Positions 31,448 through 41,060 of a stretch of 64,000 nucleotides of DNA are shown in pieces. The stretch lies in NCBI GenBank assembly GCA_913031135.1, contig CAJWEH010000001.1, positions 1,482 to 65,481 of the forward strand, read 5' to 3'. Positions within the stretch are counted from its first letter, which is position 1; every line of letters begins with the position of its first letter. A model generated the notes under the pieces. It worked only from the letters and a program-made list of their open reading frames with translations. It ran no database searches and was not told the DNA's origin. The position numbers and the translations under genes were made by a program. This DNA is from an uncultured Puniceicoccaceae bacterium (GTDB lineage Bacteria > Verrucomicrobiota > Verrucomicrobiia > Opitutales > Coraliomargaritaceae).

Positions 31448-32386
31448 ATGAGCCAAGCTAAGGACAGTTCTAAAAATTATAAAGGTGTGGATAAACTGCT
31501 GACGGTTTCTTTATTTTTTTGTCTGTACTATACTTTAAGGCTATTTCCTGTGAAATGGGGATTTCAGTTTGGAGCATTTTTAGGCGGAGTTGCTTTTCAT
31601 TGCTTGAAGTTGAGGCGAGCAATTGTCCTTCAAAATTTACTTAGAGTCAAAGCCTGGACAGTTGCTAATCAAAAAGGGCACAGGCTTTTTGATAAAGATC
31701 CAATCGTTCTTACGAAGCAAGTCTTCGAGAGAAATTTTGCCAATATTGTCTCTGCTATATCTTTGTCTGGAAGACCACCAGAAGTTATTGAGAAGTTTAT
31801 CGAGTTCGATTCTCTCGAGGTAGTTTATGCGGTTTTAAAAAGAGGGAAAGGTGCCATCATCCAATTTCCGCATATGGGTCCCTGGGAATTAATGTCTGTT
31901 TTTTATTATATATTTAATAAATCGGGTGAGTCCCATACATGTGGTGCACTTTACAGACCTTTGAATAATTATTATTTAAATCGTTGGGCGTTTCAAAATC
32001 GATCTAAATATGGATTGCATCTATTGAGCAAGGATGACGGTTTTTTAAAAATCGTCCGATTCTTAAAAACCCCATCCGTTTTATTAGTCTCCCATGATCA
32101 AAGAATGCGAGAGGGGCAGCGTGTTTCACTTTTCGGTGAAGAAGCTTCGACCTCAAACATATTTTATAGCCTTCATAAAATGACGGATGCTCCAATCTTA
32201 ACATTTTCCTTTTCAAAAGTACAAAGGGCTAAAGAGTTAAAATGGAAGTTTCGGTTTTATGAATTGTCAACAGATGGATTAGAAGCTGAGGATGAAATAG
32301 GACTTTTAAAGCGTTCGAATGAGCTATTGGAGCAGGTTATCTTAGAGAGCCCTCTCGATTACTTTTTCTTTCAAAATCGTCACTAA
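31448..32386 (+). CDS. Lipid A biosynthesis (Kdo2-lipid IVA) late acyltransferase family, LpxL/HtrB-like
   Basis: N-terminal membrane anchor, H-x4-E catalytic motif (PHMGPWE), and about 310 aa. Confidence 0.7.
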   Translation: MSQAKDSSKNYKGVDKLLTVSLFFCLYYTLRLFPVKWGFQFGAFLGGVAFHCLKLRRAIVLQNLLRVKAWTVANQKGHRLFDKDPIVLTKQVFERNFANIVSAISLSGRPPEVIEKFIEFDSLEVVYAVLKRGKGAIIQFPHMGPWELMSVFYYIFNKSGESHTCGALYRPLNNYYLNRWAFQNRSKYGLHLLSKDDGFLKIVRFLKTPSVLLVSHDQRMREGQRVSLFGEEASTSNIFYSLHKMTDAPILTFSFSKVQRAKELKWKFRFYELSTDGLEAEDEIGLLKRSNELLEQVILESPLDYFFFQNRH

Positions 32387-32422
32387 TATGCATTCTCCTG
32401 AATAGTAGGTACAATAATTAGT

Positions 32423-34087
32423 ATGATTACATTAAAGAAATTTCTTCCTTATTTTAGGTATTTGAAGCCTGTTCGTGGTCATTTTATCTTAGGGATTCTA
32501 TTTGGCTTCCTTTTTTCGATCTCCAGTGGCTTTGGTATTCCGGTAATGATTGAAACTGTTTTCCCTATATTATTTGGCGAATCAGAGCAGGCCCCTGAAT
32601 GGTTGCAATCTATCGTTGAACAATTTTTTTCAAATAATGTTCAAGGAGGTTTTCTAATCATTTGTTCTCTACTCATCCCATTGATGGTGATAGTTCGAGC
32701 CGTCGCTAGTTGGGGAAATGGTTTTTTTATGAACTATACGGGCTTTTATCTTATAAAGAGCTTACAAAAAGCACTTTTTGATAAAATTCAGACACTGCCT
32801 TATTCCTTTTTTAAAGAAAATAAGACAGGAGAAATTTCAGCTTCTATTCTCGCCTATCCAGAGCAAATTAAGCGAATCGTTGTTGATATGAGTAATGATA
32901 TTTTAAAACAACCATTAACCTTGGTTGCGGCTATTAGTTTTCTAGTTTATAAGTCAGCTACGAGTAATAGTTTTTTTATTGCGGTGATTGGATTCTTAAG
33001 CGTGCCTATATTGGTTTTTCCGATTCGTATGATCGGCTCGTATTTATCTAAGCGTTCTAAGAAGATTGTTCAAAATCAGGAAGCCTTAGCTTCTTGGACT
33101 ATTGAGACGATACAATCGCCAATTGAAATTCGTTCCTTCAATTTAGAGGAACGCCAAAAAGGTCGTTTTCACTCATTTATCGATCAAATATTCACTTTAA
33201 CCGTAAAAAGTATCCGAACGAGCCTATTGATTTCTCCGAGTATTGAATTTGTATCGAGTTTAGGTTTTGCTTTTGCCTTGTATTTAGGTGTTCAAAAAGG
33301 AATGTCCCAAGGTGAGTTTTTAGCCTTATTTATAGCTCTTTATATGGCTTACAGCCCAATTAAGCGATTAGGGCAGATGCATGGCTTAATTAAGCAAATT
33401 GAAGCACCGCTCAACCGAGTCGAGCGTATCATGAATCTTGAGGAATCGGTGAAAAGCCCAACTAATCCCGTCAAAATAAATAAACCCATTCAAGGTCATA
33501 TTGATTTTGAGGAGGTGTCTTTTTTCTATGAAGAGGGAAAGCCTATTTTAGAGTCTGTGAGTAAAAGCCTTAAGCCAGGTGAACCTTTTATATTGTCGGG
33601 GGAGAGTGGTTCAGGCAAGTCGACATTTGTTAATTTAATCATGCGATTGTATGATCCAACTGCAGGAATCATTAAACTTGATGGGATTGATTTGAAAAAC
33701 TATGACCTGCATGATTTGAGGCAACAGATTGCCTATGTCCCTCAAATGCCACTATTATTCAATTGTTCGGTCATGGAAAATATTCGAATCGGTAAACCAA
33801 ATGCTTCCGATGAAGCTGTTTATCAAGCCGCTAAGGATGCCAATGCGTATGATTTCATCACGGCACTATCCAATGGATTTGACACCGTGCTCTCAGAAAA
33901 AGGCAGTTCACTTTCAGGAGGTCAAAGACAGCGTATCGCAATCGCACGTGCAATTTTAAAAGATGCTCCAATTATGATTTTTGACGAAGCGACATCTGCC
34001 TTAGACAAAGATAATAAACATATTATTAATATTGCCATAGGTGATATATCTTCTAATAAAACAATAATTTCTATAACACATATGTAG
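32423..34087 (+). CDS. MsbA-like ABC exporter (TMD-NBD fusion). The ORF ends one residue after the H-loop His, so it may be 3'-truncated.
   Basis: Six-TM ABC_membrane region, Walker A GESGSGKST, signature LSGGQRQR and Walker B IMIFDEATSALD. The C-terminus is ...TIISITHM-stop. Confidence 0.8.
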   Translation: MITLKKFLPYFRYLKPVRGHFILGILFGFLFSISSGFGIPVMIETVFPILFGESEQAPEWLQSIVEQFFSNNVQGGFLIICSLLIPLMVIVRAVASWGNGFFMNYTGFYLIKSLQKALFDKIQTLPYSFFKENKTGEISASILAYPEQIKRIVVDMSNDILKQPLTLVAAISFLVYKSATSNSFFIAVIGFLSVPILVFPIRMIGSYLSKRSKKIVQNQEALASWTIETIQSPIEIRSFNLEERQKGRFHSFIDQIFTLTVKSIRTSLLISPSIEFVSSLGFAFALYLGVQKGMSQGEFLALFIALYMAYSPIKRLGQMHGLIKQIEAPLNRVERIMNLEESVKSPTNPVKINKPIQGHIDFEEVSFFYEEGKPILESVSKSLKPGEPFILSGESGSGKSTFVNLIMRLYDPTAGIIKLDGIDLKNYDLHDLRQQIAYVPQMPLLFNCSVMENIRIGKPNASDEAVYQAAKDANAYDFITALSNGFDTVLSEKGSSLSGGQRQRIAIARAILKDAPIMIFDEATSALDKDNKHIINIAIGDISSNKTIISITHM

Positions 34088-34116
34088 TAATATAATAATA
34101 CTTATTCTTATCTATA

Positions 34117-35301
34117 ATGAATTCTTTTTTTATTATATTTCCAGTCTTTCTCTTACATATTTTACCGTTCTCATTTTTCATTGGTCGAGCTACTACAGAT
34201 ATTATATTCAGCTCTCTAGTGCTGATTTTTTTATTAGGATTAGTTCTGAAGTATTTTAAATTCGATGACTTTCCCAAATGGTTTCTCTGCGCTTTGCTAT
34301 TTACCTTTTCTGTAATAGTTTCAGCCATTATAAATAGTACTGTAACGGATCATTTTCTCCAGGCTTTTGTTTGGATTCGCTTTCCACTTTTTTTTCTTTT
34401 TGTAGTGTATCTTTTTAATGCTTTCCCTGAAAAATTTAGACATTTTTTATTCATTAACCTATTAGCACTACTTGTTTATTTAAGTTTTAATTTGTATGAG
34501 TCTTTTTTTGATTTAAAAACAAGGTTTGAGATTCCTTTTGATAATCCGATTTCTGGGGTTTATTTCGCAAGGGTTTCTTTGCCATTAATATTAATGGCTT
34601 TTATTTTGTTGAATAATCAAAAGAGGATCATCTCTCGCCGCCCTTTATTGATTTTATTTATTTGTAGCCTTTTTGTATTTGCAATGTTTATGACGGGTCA
34701 TCGAAATGGATTAATAGGATTAGCGTTAGGTGTGTCGTTAGTTACAGCTCTATCATCCCTACATTTAAAGGGATTGTTTTTAGTAGTGCTTTCAGTTTCA
34801 TTGGGCATAACATTGGGATTCATTGTCAAAAATAGTTACTCGGATCATTACACAAAAAAGGTACTTGCTCATAAAACTCTATATATGAATGTTTATGAAC
34901 GTGGCATTAAATATTTTGTGGATAAACCAATTTTTGGTCATGGTCCTAAACAAGTCGAAAAAGGTGAATTATATTTACAAGCTGTTAGAGGGCCAAATCA
35001 TCCCCATAACCATTATATACAAGCATTTGCTGAATTAGGGATTCTTGGTGGTTTTGCCTATATTGCTTTGGTTCTTGGTCTCTTATTTAAGTTTTTTGCC
35101 TTAAGGCAAAGTGATAATAAATTTTGGGTGGCTAGTTTTGTTACTTTAATTGTATTTTTTTCGCCTATATTTCAAACGCACGATTTATGGAGTGCTCAAT
35201 TTAACGGATTTACTTGGTATGCAATTGGGTTTTGTTATTTTATCTCTCGAAATAATAAATTGTTAGACGAAAATACTTTTCAATTAGAATCAAAGTTTTA
35301 G
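34117..35301 (+). CDS. O-antigen ligase / Wzy_C family polytopic membrane protein
   Basis: About 10 TM helices and a loop with TGHRNGLIGLALG. The periplasmic-loop and C-terminal TM pattern is typical of WaaL-like proteins. Very AT-rich. Confidence 0.6.
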   Translation: MNSFFIIFPVFLLHILPFSFFIGRATTDIIFSSLVLIFLLGLVLKYFKFDDFPKWFLCALLFTFSVIVSAIINSTVTDHFLQAFVWIRFPLFFLFVVYLFNAFPEKFRHFLFINLLALLVYLSFNLYESFFDLKTRFEIPFDNPISGVYFARVSLPLILMAFILLNNQKRIISRRPLLILFICSLFVFAMFMTGHRNGLIGLALGVSLVTALSSLHLKGLFLVVLSVSLGITLGFIVKNSYSDHYTKKVLAHKTLYMNVYERGIKYFVDKPIFGHGPKQVEKGELYLQAVRGPNHPHNHYIQAFAELGILGGFAYIALVLGLLFKFFALRQSDNKFWVASFVTLIVFFSPIFQTHDLWSAQFNGFTWYAIGFCYFISRNNKLLDENTFQLESKF

Positions 35302-35443
35302 ATAAATGAGTGATTTTATTTATGTTCTGCTTTAAGTGGATCTAAAACTAGTTTCTTTAATCTTGTGAGAGGTTTTTAAGGCTTTATAAATAGTTCCCCA
35401 GAGGATCGTAATGATGTGCGTGATCGATTTGTTAGTCATTATA

Positions 35444-36550
35444 TTAGTGTAAAAGAGATTCGTAAACTTTAAGTATTTTTGCATTCATTACTTTCAATGT
35501 AAACCGCTTGTTTTCTTTTGGCTTAAGTGATTTTTCAGATTCGATGTAGTGGGCAAGTTTAGTTTTCATGGAGGAAAGTTTGTCCGGTTTTATCATACCT
35601 TCTGGAAGTAATTCAGTTAGTTGTTCTCGGACACCCCCATGGGCATAGGCAAAGACTGGCTTTCCGATACTAAGTGCTTCTAAGGTTACCCTTCCAAAGG
35701 CTTCTGGATCTTTTGAGCAGGATATAATAAGATCAGAGCAATACATGATTTGATGGATGTCCTTTCGGTGCCCTAAAAAAGTAATATTTTTATTTAGCTT
35801 CAGGTGATATAGTTTCTTTTTAAGTATTCGGTAATAGCTTTTTTTATTAGGATGCACATCCCCAACGACCAATCCGTGTATGGGCAGTTTTCGATGTTTC
35901 AAAAAACGAATGATTTCCATAAAATCCTCTTGCCCTTTCCATGCGCTGATGCGACCGGGAAGGGTAAGGATGAATTGATTCTTTAAGTGTTTGTTTTGTC
36001 TATTCCATTTAGCTAGCCACTCATCACTTGGTTTGTAATTGCTGTGATAGTGATTCGTATCAACACCACGATAAATCACTTTTATTTTTTTATTTTTCGC
36101 TGAGGGATAATTTTTCAAGACGTACTTTTTGACTGATTTGGATACGCAAATGATGGTTTCACCTTTTGTCATTATAGCGGAGTAGGGATTGACTGAGTAA
36201 AATCCGTGTACGGTCGTAACTAATTTAGGGCGTTTTGACTTGGAGATTAGATTCCAAGCAAGGTATACAATCCAAGCGGGCATTCTAGAGCGTAGGTGTA
36301 CAATATCAAAGTTTTCAGTTTCAAGAAGTCGTTTAACTCTAAAAATGTGCCGTAGTGAGAAGAGACTCTTTTTATGAACTGAGAGTTGAATATGTTTGCT
36401 ACCAGAAGCAGTCAGTTCAGGAACGAGTCTTCCTCCATTAGAAAGGACAAATGATTGATGTCCTTTTTGAATTAAATAATCAGCAAATTCAAGAGTGCCT
36501 CTCTCAACACCCCCAGAATTTAATTCAGGTAATACTTGCAATACTTTCAC
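35444..36550 (-). CDS. Glycosyltransferase family 4 (GT-B, group 1)
   Basis: MKVLQVLPELNSGGVERGTLE N-terminus and a C-terminal E-x7-E-like block (EAFGRVTLEALSIGKPV). Its GTG start overlaps the PAP2 stop (GTGA). Confidence 0.8.
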   Translation of the reverse strand: MKVLQVLPELNSGGVERGTLEFADYLIQKGHQSFVLSNGGRLVPELTASGSKHIQLSVHKKSLFSLRHIFRVKRLLETENFDIVHLRSRMPAWIVYLAWNLISKSKRPKLVTTVHGFYSVNPYSAIMTKGETIICVSKSVKKYVLKNYPSAKNKKIKVIYRGVDTNHYHSNYKPSDEWLAKWNRQNKHLKNQFILTLPGRISAWKGQEDFMEIIRFLKHRKLPIHGLVVGDVHPNKKSYYRILKKKLYHLKLNKNITFLGHRKDIHQIMYCSDLIISCSKDPEAFGRVTLEALSIGKPVFAYAHGGVREQLTELLPEGMIKPDKLSSMKTKLAHYIESEKSLKPKENKRFTLKVMNAKILKVYESLLH

Positions 36551-37296
36551 TTTGAAGAACGAGCTTTTCGTTTTTGAACTGTTATCTTTCTGCTTAAAGC
36601 AAGCATTGGAAGGGCTGAAACAATCCCTATACTGGCTCCAGCAATCACATCAGAGGGGTAATGTTGTCTTAGGTGTATGCGAGTGTATCCGATGTAGGTT
36701 GCATAGGCAATGAGCGGTGAACAGAGAATTGGGTTTAAACTGAGAAGAGTGGTTGTGGTTGAAAACGAGGAAGAGGTGTGTCCTGAAGGGAAGCTGTGGT
36801 ATTTATGTTTTAAATTAAAGGGTTTGAAGGTGTCGCTCAGTTCCATCCGTTCCGCAACAATGGGACGTAATCTCCCAAATGCTACTTTTGAAACACGTAT
36901 GCTTAAGGTTGAGAAAATAAGGGTTACGAGTACAGCCATACCGATTAGCCTTAGATAATTAGATTTCTTGAAAGTCGAAACTACAAGAAGCAAGGCAATG
37001 GCCAGCAGGTGATACAGGTATTCAGTTGTCCAAGAAGCCGCTTCTGATAGAGCAAGGGGTGGTGTTGGAAGGATTAATTGTTCACTGAGATTAAAATTAG
37101 GCGTTTCATGGGGGATTAGAAAGAGAAATAAGCAGAGGAAGAGGAGTCCCAGTGAAAGTAAAATAAATCGAGCCTGACTTTTGTACCATAGGCAATAATA
37201 GAGAAAGAGTTTTTTAAACTGAACCCAATAATTGGAAGAATCGACTAAACCTGCTTCTAGTTGGTCTAATTTAGAGCGGTGGGTATTATCTGACAT
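36547..37296 (-). CDS. PAP2-family membrane phosphatase (LpxE/LpxF-like candidate)
   Basis: All three PAP2 motifs are present: KVAFGRLRP, PSGH and TRIHLRQHYPSD. Multiple TM helices. Confidence 0.8.
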   Translation of the reverse strand: MSDNTHRSKLDQLEAGLVDSSNYWVQFKKLFLYYCLWYKSQARFILLSLGLLFLCLFLFLIPHETPNFNLSEQLILPTPPLALSEAASWTTEYLYHLLAIALLLVVSTFKKSNYLRLIGMAVLVTLIFSTLSIRVSKVAFGRLRPIVAERMELSDTFKPFNLKHKYHSFPSGHTSSSFSTTTTLLSLNPILCSPLIAYATYIGYTRIHLRQHYPSDVIAGASIGIVSALPMLALSRKITVQKRKARSSK

Positions 37297-37441
37297 CTTT
37301 AGCTTTTCAAATGGTATTGTATTATAACGTTGTTTAATGGGTTTATTTTATTCAAACCTTTTACACAATAAACTTTTCTATTTTTTTAAATCAATTAAGA
37401 GTTTATTTTCTATTTTAAAAATTCAATACTCTAATCATAGC

Positions 37442-38713
37442 ATGATCGATATTAAACTATTACGAGAGCAACCAGAACAAGTAAAAGAAGCAATCTCTAG
37501 GAAAAAGTTCAGTGTAGACATTGATCAGGTCATTAAACTCGATGCTGTTCGTCGTGCAAAAATTACTGAAGCAGAATCTGCGAAAGCAGCACAGAAGGCG
37601 GCGAATCAAGAAATGGCACAATTAGTCAAAGGGTCCCCTGAATTCCTTGAAAAAGTTGCCACCATGAAGTCGCTCTCATCAAGTACTAAGGAATTAGAAA
37701 CATTGGCAAAAGAAGCAGACGAAGCCTTTCAGGCGGCATTTTTAGAAATCCCAAACATGCCTGACGTTAGCGTTCCAAGTGGTCATACAGAAGCCGACAA
37801 TGAAGTGGTAAAAACTTGGGGTGCGATTGATGGCCCATTTCCAAATGCACGACCGCATTATGACATCCCATGGTTTGAATCTAGAATTGACTTCGCTCGA
37901 GGTGTCAAAGCGACGGGTGCAGGATTTCCTTTCTATGTCGGAGAAATGTCTCGTATGGTTCGGGCATTGATCAATTATTTCTTAGAGGTAGCTCATCAAA
38001 ATGGCTACGAGGAGGTGAGTCCTCCAATCGTCGTAAATGCTGAAAGTGCTACAGCTACGGGTCAACTGCCTGATAAGGAAGGTCAAATGTATTGGGATGC
38101 TAATGAGGGCTTTTATTTAATTCCCACAGCTGAAGTGCCTGTGACTAATTTTTATAGAGAGGAAATTTTAGAGGCAAAAAACCTTCCTATTTATCGCTGT
38201 GCCTATACGCCTTGTTTTAGAAGAGAAGCCGGAAGCTGGGGGGCTGACGTTCGTGGGCTCAATCGCTTGCATCAATTTGATAAAGTTGAGTTGGTTAAAT
38301 GGACAACAGCCGAGACGAGTATGGATGAATTAGAGCAGCTGCGTTCAAATGTGGAACAAATACTAGAAGCCTTGGAGCTACCCTTTAGGGTTTTGAAAAT
38401 GTGTAGTGGGGACATTGGTTTTCCGCACGCAAAACAGTATGATTTAGAAGTCTTTGCGGCTGGGCAAAAACGTTGGTTAGAGGTGTCTAGCTGTTCGAAT
38501 TTTACTGACTTCCAAGCTAGAAGAGCAGGGATTCGTTATCGTGATCTCGAAGGCAAGCTCAAGACAGCACACACCTTGAATGGTTCAGGCTTGGCGATAC
38601 CTCGGGTTTTGGCTGCTATTTTAGAAAATAATTTAGAAGAGGATGGACGAGTTCGAATCCCTGAAGTATTGAATAAGTGGATGCCTGAAACGCATCTAGG
38701 AGAAACGCAATAA
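37442..38713 (+). CDS. serS: Seryl-tRNA synthetase
   Basis: MIDIKLLREQPE start with a coiled-coil arm, and class II motifs (FRREAGS, TLNGSGLA). The track's N-terminal extension from 37337 was trimmed. Confidence 0.95.
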   Translation: MIDIKLLREQPEQVKEAISRKKFSVDIDQVIKLDAVRRAKITEAESAKAAQKAANQEMAQLVKGSPEFLEKVATMKSLSSSTKELETLAKEADEAFQAAFLEIPNMPDVSVPSGHTEADNEVVKTWGAIDGPFPNARPHYDIPWFESRIDFARGVKATGAGFPFYVGEMSRMVRALINYFLEVAHQNGYEEVSPPIVVNAESATATGQLPDKEGQMYWDANEGFYLIPTAEVPVTNFYREEILEAKNLPIYRCAYTPCFRREAGSWGADVRGLNRLHQFDKVELVKWTTAETSMDELEQLRSNVEQILEALELPFRVLKMCSGDIGFPHAKQYDLEVFAAGQKRWLEVSSCSNFTDFQARRAGIRYRDLEGKLKTAHTLNGSGLAIPRVLAAILENNLEEDGRVRIPEVLNKWMPETHLGETQ

Positions 38714-38718
38714 AAAGT

Positions 38719-38943
38719 ATGATTGATTTATTTTTTGAAGAATTAAAAAATTGGAATCCACTTGTCTGGGGAGGCTTTGTCGCTGCTATAGTATTGCTTT
38801 TTCATTTCTTAAAGGGGCTCAGTAAGCTCGTCATTATCTTACTCATCCTCTTGTTGATCGGCTACTCAGTCTTTTATTTTAACCCTGATCTTTTTGATAA
38901 CGCATTGAAATTTGTTTATCAAAAATGGAACGAGGTTTTTTAA
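38719..38943 (+). CDS. Small two-TM membrane protein, unknown function
   Basis: 74 aa with two hydrophobic helices. It is wedged between serS (5-nt gap) and proS (5-nt gap). No recognisable family. Confidence 0.4.
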   Translation: MIDLFFEELKNWNPLVWGGFVAAIVLLFHFLKGLSKLVIILLILLLIGYSVFYFNPDLFDNALKFVYQKWNEVF

Positions 38944-38948
38944 ATGTT

Positions 38949-40448
38949 ATGGCAAAAAAAGTTCAAAATGCAATCAGCCCAAGCAGGGAAGAGAATTATC
39001 CAGAATGGTATCAGCAGGTTATTAAAGCTGCCGATTTAGCAGAAACCTCTCCAGTGCGTGGGTGTATGGTGATTAAGCCGTGGGGTTACGCCATTTGGGA
39101 GAACATCCAAAAAGAATTAGACCGAAAATTTAAAGCTACCGGTCATAAGAATGCTTATTTTCCTCTGTTTATTCCAATGCGCTATTTGCAAAAAGAGGCA
39201 GATCATGTGGATGGATTTGCAAAAGAATGTGCCGTTGTTACGCATTCGCGTTTGGAGGCAGATGCGAATGGGCAGCTACAACCTGCAGGGGAATTAGACG
39301 AACCGTTAATCGTTCGCCCGACCTCAGAGACTATAATTGGAGAGTTGTTTTCAAAATGGGTACAGTCGTATCGTGATTTGCCCTTGTTGATCAATCAATG
39401 GGCGAATGTCGTGCGTTGGGAAATGCGAACCCGCCTCTTTTTGAGAACGGCTGAATTTCTTTGGCAAGAAGGTCACACCGTTCACGCGACAGAAGACGAT
39501 GCGATGGAGGAGACAATTAAGATGCTCGATATTTATGCCAAATTTTCTGAAAAATATTTAGCCATGCCGGTGATTAAGGGAGAAAAAACGGAAGCAGAGC
39601 GCTTTCCAGGTGCAGATGCTACTTACTCTATTGAAGCCATGATGCAGGACAAAAAAGCATTACAGGCAGGAACGTCACACTTCCTCGGACAGAATTTTTC
39701 TAAATCCTGTTCGATAAAGTTTTTGAACAAGGATTCTCAAGAAGAGCTCGCATGGACGACCTCTTGGGGGGTTTCTACTCGGCTAGTGGGTGGATTGATT
39801 ATGACGCATTCCGACGATGACGGCTTAGTGCTACCGCCAGCGATTGCACCGGCTCATGTGGTGATTTTGCCAATCACACCCAAGGAAGAGACTCGAGCAG
39901 CGGTTTTGGATTATTGTCATGAACTCAAACAAACTCTAGAAGCTCAGGAATTCATGGGAGAATCCGTTCGTGTTGAGCTAGATGATCGAGATATTCGAGG
40001 TGGAGAAAAAACCTGGAGCTGGGTCAAAAAAGGCATCCCCGTTCGAGTGGAAGTCGGTCCTCGAGATATGGAGAAAGACTCCGTTTTTATGGCACGAAGG
40101 GATCAAGGGGTCAAAGACAAGGAGAGCAAAGCCAAGTCTGACTTTATCACGGAAATCAGTGCCTTACTCGAATCCATACAGACAAACCTTTATAATAGAG
40201 CTAAAGCCTTTCAGGAATCGAATACCCAAGTACTTGGGAGCAAGGACGCATTTGAAGCCTACTTTGCCTCGGAAGAGGCAGGCTTTGCCTCGGTTGGTTT
40301 TTGCTTAGATCCTGACTTAGAAGATTCGCTCGCAAAACAATTTAAAGTTTCCGTTCGCTGTATCCCGAATGATACGGTGGACGAGCAGCACACTTGCATA
40401 TTCACTGGACAAGCCGGTAAGCGTGTGATTTTCGCGCGCTCCTATTAG
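38949..40448 (+). CDS. proS: Prolyl-tRNA synthetase, archaeal/eukaryote-like type
   Basis: YPEWYQQVIKAADL...SPVRGCMVIKPWG N-terminus, no INS editing insertion, and a C-terminal ...GKRVIFARSY ending in Tyr, as in this ProRS type. ATG at 38949. Confidence 0.9.
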   Translation: MAKKVQNAISPSREENYPEWYQQVIKAADLAETSPVRGCMVIKPWGYAIWENIQKELDRKFKATGHKNAYFPLFIPMRYLQKEADHVDGFAKECAVVTHSRLEADANGQLQPAGELDEPLIVRPTSETIIGELFSKWVQSYRDLPLLINQWANVVRWEMRTRLFLRTAEFLWQEGHTVHATEDDAMEETIKMLDIYAKFSEKYLAMPVIKGEKTEAERFPGADATYSIEAMMQDKKALQAGTSHFLGQNFSKSCSIKFLNKDSQEELAWTTSWGVSTRLVGGLIMTHSDDDGLVLPPAIAPAHVVILPITPKEETRAAVLDYCHELKQTLEAQEFMGESVRVELDDRDIRGGEKTWSWVKKGIPVRVEVGPRDMEKDSVFMARRDQGVKDKESKAKSDFITEISALLESIQTNLYNRAKAFQESNTQVLGSKDAFEAYFASEEAGFASVGFCLDPDLEDSLAKQFKVSVRCIPNDTVDEQHTCIFTGQAGKRVIFARSY

Positions 40449-40454
40449 TTGCAC

Positions 40455-41060
40455 TCACTGCTTTTGTTTTAGTTTGTTTAACTTCGGCTTGATGACGAAC
40501 AAGGAGTAGGGGTGCATCGGGTTAGTGTTATAGAAATCTTGGTGGTAACGTTCCGCCTCATAAAATGTTGAAGCGGGCGTGATTTCCGTAACGATGGGAT
40601 CATCAAAATCTGCGGCTGCTTGTTTCTTAGATGCCTCTGCAAGGGTCTTTTGCACCTCGTTATGATAAAAGATAGCCGAGCGGTATTGTGTTCCTACATC
40701 GGCTCCTTGACGGTTTAAGGTCGTTGGATCATGAGTCTTCCAAAAATAGTTTAGTAGTGTCTCAAAGGAAATGATAGACCGATCAAAGGCTATTTGTATG
40801 ACTTCTGCATGCCCACTAGTGCCCGTACAAATGGCTTGATAGTTTGGATTTTCAAGACTCCCACCCGTATAGCCTGATACCACAGAATGAACACCCTCTA
40901 AATTTTGAAAGACGGCTTCTACGCACCAAAAGCAACCAGCACCTAGGGTTGCTCGTTCAAGAGAATCTTGTTCAGAAGTATCCATAGCAAATAAGACAGT
41001 ATTAGTAACACAGATCGTTAAGAGTGCAATGAAACGAATAGGATTTTGTATTGAATTCAT
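40455..41060 (-). CDS. msrA: Peptide methionine sulfoxide reductase A, exported
   Basis: Signal-like N-terminus, then the GAGCFWCVEAVF active site and YHQDFY. Confidence 0.9.
   Translation of the reverse strand: MNSIQNPIRFIALLTICVTNTVLFAMDTSEQDSLERATLGAGCFWCVEAVFQNLEGVHSVVSGYTGGSLENPNYQAICTGTSGHAEVIQIAFDRSIISFETLLNYFWKTHDPTTLNRQGADVGTQYRSAIFYHNEVQKTLAEASKKQAAADFDDPIVTEITPASTFYEAERYHQDFYNTNPMHPYSLFVIKPKLNKLKQKQ

Noticed and set aside
31486-31494. Perfect DnaA-box 9-mer TGTGGATAA, with a second copy at 34917-34925
   Set aside because: Both copies are inside coding sequence and 3.4 kb apart, with no cluster or AT-rich unwinding element. One or two such hits in 64 kb are expected by chance, so this is not an origin.
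35332-35439. 35-codon minus-strand ORF (MTNKSITHIITILWGTIYKALK...) in the convergent gap after the GT4 gene
   Set aside because: It is too short, has no recognisable motif and no evident ribosome-binding site. It is most likely a chance ORF in AT-rich spacer.
37337-37441. N-terminal extensions suggested by the ORF track for serS, and similarly for carB, cimA, proS, sucC, rsmJ, the PLD-like gene, the BASS gene and the ELM1-like gene
   Set aside because: Canonical family N-termini begin at internal ATGs (for example [25 protein letters not shown]). The extensions are hydrophobic or AT-driven junk, so the starts were trimmed.
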